NCBI GenBank assembly: GCA_000708835.1
Contig: DF237026.1
Location: 124,001-188,000, forward strand
Length of the DNA stretch: 64,000 nucleotides
Direction of reading: 5' to 3'
Origin: Klebsormidium nitens
Taxonomy: Eukaryota > Plantae > Klebsormidiophyceae
Position 1 is the first letter of the stretch. Every line of letters starts with the position of its first letter. The notes under the pieces are model-generated. The model did no database searches. It was not told where the DNA came from and worked only from the letters and a program-made list of their open reading frames with translations. Position numbers and translations under genes: made by a program. Positions 26,701 through 36,356 of the stretch are shown here, piece by piece.

Positions 26701-28622
26701 CGCCTTTCAGCCCCCTCAGAAGACCCTCCTATCTTCCCCCCAGGTCCTCCGAATCTGCTCCCGCTTCCTGCTCGCCGCCTTTCAGCGACACCCGCCCCTT
26801 CTGCCCCTCCTCAAAAAGCCCATCCTTCAGACCATCTCGCCACCGCCCACCTCCCCCGGGCAGACCGAGCTGGCAGTCCAACTAGTATGGGCAGTCGGGG
26901 AGTACCATATGGGGGGCTCGGGTGAACACGTGGCAGCGCGTCAGGTGTTTGAGGCGTTGGAGCTGTTGCTGTACGAGAGTCTTGCCGCTTCCAGGTGGGA
27001 GTTTGATTGTGTGCTCTCCCTGTTTCTTCCCTTTGTCCCAGAGTGTTTTCGTTGTGCGTTGGGCCTGATGTTGACGTTGGAAAGCTGAATGTCAAATCAT
27101 GCCTTACTGCCGCTTTTCGGCATCATGTAAAATTGAAACCGGTTTCTTTCTCTTCGCCGACCAGTCAATCGCTGCCATTTTGCCTCCTCTGCGCCTCGCG
27201 AGCTTTGCGTTCAACGTCTTTCCGAAGCATTTCATGACTGATTCCAAAACACCCACTTTCCGGCTCCTACAATCCTTGGACCTGCAACTGGCAGAGCGTC
27301 GCTGGGCTTGCTTCGCATCGATTCCAGAGTTTCAAACTTTGCGACTACCTCGGACGTTGCGGCTCCCCTCGGTTGAAGTTCATTTGGGCTTTGTTAGCTT
27401 TCTTTCTGAGCATTCAACGTTCGACCAGAAAGTCTCATCTTTATCACAAACGTTGATTGCCCTGATTCTTTGACACCCGACTCCCCCAACCGCAGTGCTG
27501 TCCATGCCGAGAAGGCGGAGGGAACGCGCCGCCCTCCCGCGAGCGACCGTCCTCCGCTGACGTCACCCCGGCTGCTGTGTGTCGTCATCACGGCCATCAC
27601 CAAGCTAGCGAACGTGCACCGGGAGCTCGCCTCCAGGGCGCGCGTCTGCGTCGCAAAGGTCGGATCTCAAAGACCCAGCTCTGTGCTGACGTCATCCCGA
27701 CGTTTGTAGTTCGTTCGGTGTTGGACTGCAGCTTGTAAGGGTCAGTAGGCAAATGCATCGTACTTGGTTGTTTGTGAGACGCTACCGGAAAGTTAGGACT
27801 ATGTTTAGACCTCGGCGGCACCGTTTTCAGCTTTTTTTCGGAACACCGAAGACTGCCGGACATTCGATGGAGATGCTCAAATTGGAAAGATTAGATGCTC
27901 GCTTGTTACCCTCTTCGTTTGAAGAGCATTCTTCTGCAAGCGCTTGAGCCAACACTCAGAACTATGTTGCGACCAACATCGTCTGGCACGCAGGCCACGA
28001 GCTTGTGTCAGTCTTTGCAGTAAGGTTGTCATGTGTTATATTCCCTTTTTCCGAAGTTTCGAGGCGATGCTCTTTTGATGCGCGCTGCCAATTTGATTCA
28101 AAGTTAAGAACCGAGGCTTACTCAGCAAAGCAGCTCAAGACGTAGAGAGGGTATGCTCGTCAGAATCTTCGTCTAGCCCTGGGGTAAAGCCGTCGCTTTC
28201 AACCCTGCAGCGGAGACCCGTCGAGATGAGGTTGGATTTTAGAAACACTGCGCAGAGTCTATATACCAGCCTGGCGCATGTTCAGAAACGTCTCTTGCCT
28301 GCTGACGTCAATTTGCTGGCTGACGTCAGCCCGCCGTTTTCTTCCTCCGCATGTGGCCTGTAGCCGCCATATGGCGGACGCCCCATGTGTGGCAGAAGCG
28401 TGGCGCAACATCAAAAGCGCTTCTTGCCCGCTGACGCCAGTCAACCTGCGCGCTGACGTCAGCAATTTCTGTGCGTTTCCGCAGGTGGCCCGCAGCCGCC
28501 AGACGGCGGACGCCCACGTGTGGCGCAAGGCGTGCGAGTGCCTGGGCCTCATGCAGGAGCCCGCGGTCTGCGCCGCGCTCTTCTCCCACGTGCCCCAAGC
28601 TGTCGTCAGCAGAGCTTCGTGA
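20765..28622 (+). CDS. AP5Z1: AP-5 complex subunit zeta; 5' end unresolved
   Basis: In-phase exons 21505-21718, 22555-22784, 23525-23757, 24611-24822, 25476-25700, 26744-26994, 27496-27658 and 28485-28622. They give LLQFFLDHGD, FFPLLLK, VDLP, DENDG, FLLAAFQRHP..LKKPI, TELAVQLVWAVGE, ELLLYESL, RLLCVVITAITKLA and VWRKACECLGLMQEPAVC, all matching plant AP5Z1 motifs. Upstream exon 20765-20901 (possibly also ~21152-21286) is tentative. Confidence 0.9.
22262..22640 (+). repeat. Tandem triplication across an AP5Z1 intron/exon (acceptor) junction
   Basis: GACAG|GTGTC.AC.CTGGGCCGC..CTGCTGGGAGGCCCGCTC starts at 22280, 22422 and 22555 (the real exon). Spacings are 142 and 133 bp. Confidence 0.92.
24400..24680 (+). 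repeat. Duplicated acceptor junction in AP5Z1
   Basis: CCGCTTAACCCT.TCCTACCCAG|CC...CTGGAGCACGC occurs at 24441 (decoy) and 24611 (real exon), 170 bp apart. Confidence 0.9.
26080..26830 (+). repeat. Five-copy tandem array spanning an AP5Z1 acceptor junction
   Basis: CCCC(C/T)AG|GTC...GCTCCCGCTTTCTGCTCGCCGCCTTTCAGCGCCACC begins at 26106, 26282, 26420, 26563 and 26744 (the real exon). Spacings are 176, 138, 143 and 181 bp. Confidence 0.92.
28300..28530 (+). repeat. Duplicated acceptor junction of the last AP5Z1 exon; decoy AG mutated to AT
   Basis: CCGCAT|GTGGCCTGTAGCCGCCATATGGCGGACGCCC at 28353 vs CCGCAG|GTGGCCCGCAGCCGCCAGACGGCGGACGCCC at 28485. Confidence 0.85.
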
Positions 28623-31036
28623 CGTCAGCAGCTGTTATCAGACGTCACAAGCGAGACAAACCCTTCGCATTCTGCGGCTGCCATCTGCCTTCTATCACGG
28701 GGTCCAAGCTCCATCACCAGAGCTCTAGTGATCGGCAGAGCTCGATGACGTCAGCGGATAGGCCGGGAGGCGGTATCTCCTCTTAGCGGCTGCGGGCCTC
28801 ATTCCTGCACTCTGCGTCACCAAGCGCGGGAAACGACGAACACGTAAGTGCGAGCTGACGTCATCACTCGCGGCTGGCTCCTGCACACAGCAGCGCATCT
28901 GAGCAAGTTCGGAGGTGCGTTGCTAATCTGCTCATTGAACCTGCTGGTGTCAGAACGGATGGAAGGAGAACGCGGACTGCAGTTTGCAGTCCGAGACCCC
29001 CACACCGTGTGGTACTGGTCAGTTTGCGCGCGCTTGAAGATTTAAGTCGGACTGGCTACGCGCGCGACCTAGCATAACCCATAGCACCGTAAATCAAAGC
29101 CTGCTGTTGACCGACCTCCCCGACTTCCACCGAGCGCTCAAATGCAGGCGGACCATGCAGGCGTTCATACCTGGCAGTCGACGAAGAAACAACCCGGTGA
29201 CCCGGAACGTAACCAAGTCAATCTAAGTTGCGTGTGCAGAGTACCAACCGGTGTGGGGGTCCAGAAATGAAAACTGGAGTCCATGTTCTCCTTCCATGCG
29301 TTCTGTCAGGAATCACTGCAGTCTGCTTAATAGGATGTGTATGCTCACGCTGACGTAGACGGCAGCTCGGAACTTCCAGGTCTGCTACTGACCTGCGTGC
29401 TGTGTTTGCGCCCTTGTATCGACGAGGCGCATGTCTAAAACAGTCTCGAATTAGCTGCTCTGTCTTGTGTCTTATTGATCGGTCGTTTTAAACTTCAGAA
29501 GGTTTCCACCCAAAAACGTGTAGGTTTGGTTGTATAGTCGTATGTACGTTGGAGGAATGTGGGCTTTGGATTGACCGGGTGCAGCGCTCTCCTTCTGAAA
29601 ATGTGCTCTTGTAGAATCGAGCACGTGTGGAGATTCATCAATTTCCCTCGCAGGTGACCCAAGGGCCAAAAGGAAAAGGATATCAGTACAGTTGACAAGG
29701 CTTGAGAGGCACGGCAGTACAAGACGCTGTACTTGCTTGTACCCCTGACTCGGTCGTCGAGGGATAGTGAAACGCTGCTTCATGATTATGCATATGTGCA
29801 GAACTTTCGTCGATACTGTAAGTTCGATGTAAGAAGGTTGGAATCAACGCGAAGGGACGTTCTCTATCCCCCACTTAATGTAAGTTTCGAAGAGTGGTCC
29901 TTGAGTCAGGTTTCGAGGAGCAGCAGCTTGATTCACGGTCCTTCAAGGGCGCTTTGCACATGCATGGTACGGTATCGAAGCATCATCCGGGCAGTGCGTC
30001 AAAGTGCAAGTGGCAGTCGCAGATTTTCACATAGGGCATTCAGCTGAGTCCGCTGGCATGTTGGATGTGCCGGGGTCCGGCTCAGGCTTTGGTCAATGTT
30101 TAGCAATGATCAAGTAGGGCGTCCTGTTTAATTCCGATAAGATGTTCCTGGTGCCCATGTACGATCAGATTGACGTAATAATCAACGCGCCGGCAGCCAT
30201 AAGGTAGAGCGCTAGCATGCGAGTTGAAGTCTGGAAAAGCTAGCTCGTTTTACTGAATAGTATGCTCTTTAGACTGGAATCTTCTGAAGCTGTTCACCAT
30301 CAGTATATACATGAATCGACGCTTGCAGTGGGTGTGGTCCACGATCAATCCGAGCTTGTGACACAATTACTAATCTTTGCTGGCCATGATGATCATTGTG
30401 CGGCTGCATGGCGGCCCCTGGGGGCATGGTGCGCAACCTGGCCGACTGCACGGCCCTCAGTATCATGCAGATTTGCAAAGCCGCGCGGGATCGCGAGGGG
30501 CCCCAGAAGAGCGCCATCTTAAACTTCAACAACCTAGTCAGTGCATGCGCGACGCGATCATGTATAACCATGCCGCGGGTGCGAGCCTGTGCGACGCATC
30601 TGCAGTAGCTATGATTGCATGCACTGATTCATGCTTTGTGTTGAAATTCAGGACGGCCCCCTGCCAGACTGAAGCTTTGATTCAACTTGGTTTGATACCG
30701 GCATGGTAAAGATCGAGCACTCAGCCCATACAATTTCTGATTGACACATCCGACAACCATGACCCGAACTGCTGGCAGGAGACTCGCGATCGATCGATTC
30801 AGTCAACTACTAACAAGCTGATTGGTTCGAGTCGGTCATTCCTTAGTCGCTGTACAACATGTTGAATCAGATCAATTTGCACACTTTGTCTGGCACATGC
30901 AAACCAAAAATTGGCTGTCACATAGAACATTAGAAGCCTGCCTGCCGGGACTAAGACCTGGGAAGCCAGAATGATTGCAATGAATGGCGCACTGATTCCT
31001 TCCTTACCAGATCACGAATGAATGCCCCCTCCCTGA

Positions 31037-33318
31037 CTAAGATGACTTAGGCATGTGTCTTAAATGCTCCTTGATCATCTCTTTCTCGTGGTCAATCCAC
31101 GCCTCGTCCTCTTTGCTGATCGGCGTCATCTTCCGCCTCTTGTCAAGCTCCTGCAGCAGCCCCTGCTTATACTGCTCAAGCGAAAGGTCAGAAGTCGGCT
31201 CTTCTAATTTCCCGAACAGCGACTGGCCAACCTGGTTCCGATGCAAACCCCCAAGTTCTTCTCTGTCCTTCAGGTCATCCGGCGGCCCCCTTGTCACCGG
31301 GTCCCCATTCTGATCTAGCTCGATCTCCCTCTCCCGCTCTTCCCGCACTTTTTTCCGTTGCGCTTCTGCGGACGGCCCGCCCCCTCCTTCCCCTCTCCGT
31401 AGGTGATGGTCTGCCTTCGACTGGCTGTACAGCGGAATCGGCGTCCCCCCCGGAGTGGACAATGTCGCGCCGCCCGAGCCTACAAAACTGGTGCCACTGG
31501 GCCCCCCATGGCCTTCTCTTTCGTGGTGGGGGGTTTGACTCCCGCTACCTTCGTGTCTATGGTGATGGTCTGAGGATGCAAAACTAGGCATGGGAACAGG
31601 CGTTCCCCCCGGAGTGGACAGCGTGGCCCCACCTGAACCAACTAATGAAGTTCCACTGGGGCCCTCATGAGCTTCATGGGTGTGAACTGGCTCCCCGCCC
31701 TGGTGCGAAGCACCGGACGCACTTTGGCTGGGAGCGTCCGCACTTGCTCTATCAGAGGCCTGCTCTATCGGGGGACGATCCTTCCGAGACAGCAACACAT
31801 AAGCTGCAGCAGCATGACTTTTGGTCAGTTTGAGCATTACTGGAACGGCCAGCGTTACAGAAAACCCTTGTACTTTGCAATTTGACAGATGGCGCGGTAG
31901 ATTAGGTTGCTAACTGGACGGAGAAATGTAACAGGAAAGATCTTCAAGTGGAGGAGAGCACAACGCAGTGGTTAGAAGATAGGGAAAGGCATGCACCCAG
32001 TGCACGTATTGCATGTTCAAACGAAGAATTGTATTGGACCATTGCGTTCGAGCTGAGCGCGGGGAAAGCGCACTGTTTGACATGCCACAGGGACTGCAGC
32101 AACTAAAAAGTGATTAACTTTCCAAACAAGACGCCATTTTGAGCAGCTTTCGAAAACCCCTTCCTTGCGGTCAAGGTTCCAACGCACAGCATTGCCTTAT
32201 CAACGAACAACTTGAAAATGCACAACACTCCATGATAGCTGGACAATTGTGAGTGGGATTGGGAAGTGAGATAGACTCGGCATCAGCGTAGCTAAAGTAG
32301 ATGCACCTATCTTAAGGCTGAAAGCTTCTGAGAATCTTGTATGGATCCTTGTGGCGGGCACTCACTCCCCACAGCCACATTTCCCAAGAGCAGAACGGCG
32401 AGAGGCTTCTGCAAGCGCTTCAGTCTGGAGTTCATCATGTCGAGAAATTGAAAGGCCCTTGTCGATGATGATGCCGGGGGGGCCTCCTTAGCCGGGGGGC
32501 CTGTCACTCTTGCAAATTCAGCTTCAGTATCTACAGGTAAATCTGCAGGAGGAAATTGGCAGGTTGCTGGGACGGAAAACTTGAGTTCATAGAAATATAA
32601 ATTCCTGAATTGTGGCATATGGTTGTGAGCGGGATAGCGGTGATATGCTGTTGAAGGGGTGTCTTTCATCAAATAGTGAGTGGTGAAAGAAAGGCTGATG
32701 TCACCTTGCAGGACAAGGCATTCGTGCTCTAGAGTGCTTATATTACGCTCAAAATAGCGAAAGAACCAAGAAAAACCTAAAAATGGAAATCCGAACAAAG
32801 TTCTGCTCCGCACCCATCCCCACCCTGAACCCCCTTAGTACCTAACCCCACCGGTCCCAGTGATATAATCGGAGCTCAACATAGAAATCTAGAAGCCAAT
32901 GCATGAACCACCATGCTCTGAGCTACATCAGCAGCTTGTGATCACCAGATTACAAATACTGGATGTTGTGCCCTGACGCCCTACAACTAATTTGGAAAGC
33001 CCTGTTCAGTATGAAGCTGAAATGCCCCGAATGCACTCAATCACCTTGTTGCAACGCCCTGGCGAGCCTTGCCCTGTGCTTCTGCCTTCTCTTGCCATTG
33101 GCATTGGTGTTCTTGCCGCCCATTGGCATTGGCATTGGCAGAGCCACACAATCCGAGTCCACACGTTGCTTTGAACTTTGATTCAGCAACTAGAAACGGC
33201 ACTTAAATTTGAAGTAGGTACGATACTGGACGTAGCGTACTTGACTCGCAAGCGGCCATTTGGGCCCAACGGATTCCGCTGATCCAACAGGGCGGAGCAG
33301 CGGGTCTTCAGGAATCAT
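31037..33318 (-). CDS. Hypothetical low-complexity (Gly/Ser/His/Glu-rich) protein, ~375 aa
   Basis: Tentative exons 33318-33241, 33189-33045, 32542-32366 and 31764-31037 join with consistent phases (0, 1, 1). The last exon lies in a 266-codon ORF with a duplicated GPSGTSxVGSGGATLSTPGGTP motif. Intron 1 is only 51 nt and the last acceptor is ambiguous, so the 5' model is uncertain. Confidence 0.55.
32771..32860. mobile_element. Degenerate copy of the telomere-like core element
   Basis: AAAAACCTAAAA...GCTCCGCACCCATCCCCACCCTGAACCCCCTTAGTACCTAACCCC matches the core of 19591-19786. The arms are degenerate. Confidence 0.6.
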
Positions 33319-33332
33319 GCAGGGACGCGGAT

Positions 33333-33363
33333 GGGCGCCCCGGGGCGGAGCCCCGGGGCGCCC
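33333..33363. other. Perfect GC-rich hairpin, 14-bp stem with a 3-nt loop
   Basis: GGGCGCCCCGGGGC-GGA-GCCCCGGGGCGCCC. Confidence 0.9.
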
Positions 33364-33466
33364 AAGCGCCTCCGGGCAAATTCCTGCCTAAGCCTACGGT
33401 ATTCGATAATAGTCAACCAGCGACGCGGCTGTGTTGACATTGTGTCGACATTGTCCACCGATTGGG

Positions 33467-33657
33467 ATAAACTTTAATAGTAGGTAGTAAGGAACTAAGG
33501 TACACGAGTACGGGTGGGGTTAGTTTGGTGGTTAGGGTGGGTTCGGGTGCGAAACAGGTGAGTTTGTTCTTAGCGTTTTAGTGTTGATTAAGCCAAGAAA
33601 TTGAGTACTTTCAGTACCTAAGATCCTTATAAGCTATTACCTACTAGTAAAGTTTAT
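33467..33657. mobile_element. Foldback element: telomere-like core (minus orientation) with ~40-bp AT-rich arms
   Basis: Left arm ATAAACTTTAATAGTAGGTAGTAAGGAACTAAGGTAC pairs imperfectly with right arm GTACCTAAGATCCTTATAAGCTATTACCTACTAGTAAAGTTTAT. Core GGTTAGGGTGGGTTCGGGTGCGAA. Confidence 0.68.
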
Positions 33658-33680
33658 GATTACCGGTATGTCCATTCCGA

Positions 33681-33844
33681 TCGATGTAGTGAACAGTAAC
33701 AGCCAGTGAACAGTAACGGAGACGGGTAGGGTTAGTTAGGGGGTTAGGGTGGGTACGGGTGCGGAGCGGGTGTTTCCTTAGGTTAGGGTTTTTAGTAACC
33801 CCAAAATGCTTACTGTTCACTGGGCTTGCTGTTCACTAGATCGA
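33681..33844. mobile_element. Foldback element: telomere-like core (minus orientation) with doubled GTGAACAGTAA arms
   Basis: TCGATGTAGTGAACAGTAACAGCCAGTGAACAGTAAC ... GGTTAGGGTGGGTACGGGTGCGGAG ... TTACTGTTCACTGGGCTTGCTGTTCACTAGATCGA. Arm periods are 17 and 16 bp. One end is also present as a fragment at 19348-19380. Confidence 0.72.
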
Positions 33845-34712
33845 GAAATACGTTTAATGTCCACCGTGCCAGGAAATGCAGAGGGTACCTACCGGCCTAT
33901 GGGTACTACCTATGGGTATATATACTACCTACCCATTTGGGCCAACTTAGGTTTGACAGTCTTTGACTGCGAGGGACTCCGGGACACACCGTCCTTCGAC
34001 AAGTCAAGAGTGCCAGAAGACACATACAGACAGAAGACTCCACCAAATGCAAACGCCAGAAAATCATACCTCTGCCAGCCATCACCTTTTCATGTTACCG
34101 CTCCTTCTCCTCACAGCATTATTCCTGATTTCAAAACCCGCAGACAGTTCCCGGCCGCCAGAAGGTCGAGCTGCATTGCATAATTCAAGGGGAAATCAAG
34201 TCCGAGCCTTCTCAAAAGCATGGTGTCCACAAGCTCTCTGCTGGTAAGAGGATCTGAAAACTTTTACCGTGTTTCTTTTACTCTAGTCAGTCTACTCTTT
34301 GTTTCCCTTCCTTCATAGAGTCGTTATGGTGCTTAGTAGGGAGTCCTCAAAGTAAAATGCATATGGTGGTTTCCCGGTGGTTTCTTTTGATACTAGTGAG
34401 TGCTTGTACATTGAGTTGGGTCAGGATTAGTTTGCTCTTGCCAATCTTTTTGCCTTTCCTGAGCATTAAGTACAGCTTGGAACAATGGGGAAACAATACA
34501 TGGGTCGGCCACATGGGTCCATTGTCTTCAACTTGTGTAAGCGAAGCGTGTAGTTGAAGCTGGATATTCCGCATCCTATGATTGTAGTTACACACCTACT
34601 ACAGTAGCATCATTGCATGTAAGGGGAGTCGATTTTTCCTTACTGTTTGAGGATGGTTAGGAACGGTGTCTCTGCGCTGCCGTTGAATGTGCTGACATTC
34701 TACCCCTGCAAC

Positions 34713-36356
34713 ATGTTTGACGTGAGGCTTGCTCAATCTGACAATCATCTTGACACCAGCTCTGACAATCATTTTGACACCTGCGAGAACTCGGGTGCGT
34801 CGCCCTGCTGTTGCTGTTGCAGACCTTGCTGGTGCTTGTGAGCTGTGCAATTGTGGCTGTGACTGCCCAGAACTACACCGAAGTGAAGCTGCAAGTCATT
34901 GAGACGGCCACTCCAACTACCATGCCGGATGAGGGCACCTACGGCTTTGGAGACTCAAATTACTTCAGGTAGGGGCACTCCATTGCTTTCTCCAATGATG
35001 CAACAATCTTGTAGGAGTTTCAATCCTGGCAGATCAAGGTGCTGACTTCCTTCGAATTGCGACTACGCTTCAGGAATCAGCTGACAGACTTCCGGAATGG
35101 AACCATCTTGGGCCACAGTCAAGGCACCTGTCTCGTTACGGCATCAGACAACATTCGCAAGTACTGCGAGAGCGAGTGCACCCAATTCTTCGTCTTTGCT
35201 GCAGGCAGCATCAGCATGGAGGTGGGTTCATGAAGCTCTATGCAGCTTCGAGACTCTGAGCTTGATCGGCACCATCAATGTGAGCATGTAAATCTGTCAC
35301 AAAGAGGCTTTCAGTAAGAAAGCGCTGTGTGGGCAGCCGGAGAACCAGAACATATTGACTTGTGAACTTGCAGGAAATTGAAATTGAACGCAAGGAAGGT
35401 GTTACAGCTGTTACCAACCTAGATTGGAAGGCAACAGAAAGTCTTGAAGCCCCACGCACGTATGTATGCTTCCCTCATGCACTTCTGGAAAGAACACAAG
35501 TCGCCCTTTTTCTAAGAACTCAGTGGACAAATTAGAGGGACCCCGTGGAGCCATCTGGGTCCGTACATGAACTCTTCTCTTGGAGTGTACTTCAGGAGGC
35601 GAGTTGCCCTTTCAGTATACTCTAGAAGAAGATAATCCCTAGTCATGTCTTCTTCAATCGGCCTCTTAGTCTCTGCTGGATCTGTTTGCCCTGCAGGGCC
35701 AATTCTTGAACACGCCATCTTCCCTTGCGGTGACTGGAGGGACCGGGATCTACTCTAGAGCCACCGGCGTCTGCGTGCAGAGCACTCTGAGCAGCGATGG
35801 AAATGGCACTTTCCAATACGGCTACAATTGCGAATTCTCCGTTCTGAACCCTCCTATCCGTGACCCGATTCCTCTTGCCCTGACTATTGGGGCCCCCCCT
35901 GTAAACGGAGCGTGCTCCGCTCGCGCATACCCTAACCAGGTATGCCAAAGTGAATGATCGAGCGTCAGACAATCGAAGACGACATTGCTGATCTACGCCG
36001 CTACTTTGACCGGAGCTCAAGAAATGTTCAGAAAGTGTGCAAGTCAGCTAGTAGTCAGAATTGTAGAGATTCTCCCGGGTTGTCTTGTTATCGATTTTGT
36101 GACCACACCCTCTATCTTCGAGTTCAAAAGTTGTCAGAATGAAGTAACGGACTTCGCTTCGGTGCCCAAATGTGCGATGCGCATTGAAACTGGTGTGTCA
36201 TACTCGCGTTTGTTCCAACGGGTAAGCATTCCAAGCTATATGCCTTTGACGATAATGTCGTGTTCTGCGCAGTGCTACGCATCAGACCGCAGGTCCTCCA
36301 TCTGCTGCCCGGCCGAGTGCCCTCTCGCCCCTACCATCACTGCGGTCTGCGCTTAA
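34713..36356 (+). CDS. Secreted allene-oxide-cyclase/dirigent-like beta-barrel protein with a Cys-rich tail, ~209 aa
   Basis: Exons 34713-34721, 34823-34968, 35074-35221, 35697-35939 and 36273-36356 total 630 nt in phase; the start exon is tentative. Signal-like MFDTLLVLVSCAIVAVTA. Motifs GDSNYFRNQLTD..GTILGHSQGTC, GSISMEGQF and LAVTGGTGIYSRATG resemble AOC/dirigent barrels. Confidence 0.75.

Noticed and set aside
26080-26830. Regularly spaced repeats resembling a CRISPR array (also 39150-39490 and 57130-57535)
   Set aside because: The units are degenerate along their whole length with no unique spacers, they derive from exon/intron junctions, and the context is eukaryotic with no cas genes.
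29167-29177. ATACCTGGCAG resembling the U1 snRNA 5' end
   Set aside because: It lacks the ATACTTACCTGG consensus and the downstream U1 stems and Sm site.
30377-30709. GC3-rich patch (…LADCTALSIMQICKAARDREGPQK…)
   Set aside because: There are no flanking exons or splice sites that build a gene, and it is not recognisable.
33720-33800. Interstitial telomere
   Set aside because: Only scattered GGTTAGG(G) units are present, not a tandem (TTTAGGG)n tract. It is better explained as the core of the foldback element.
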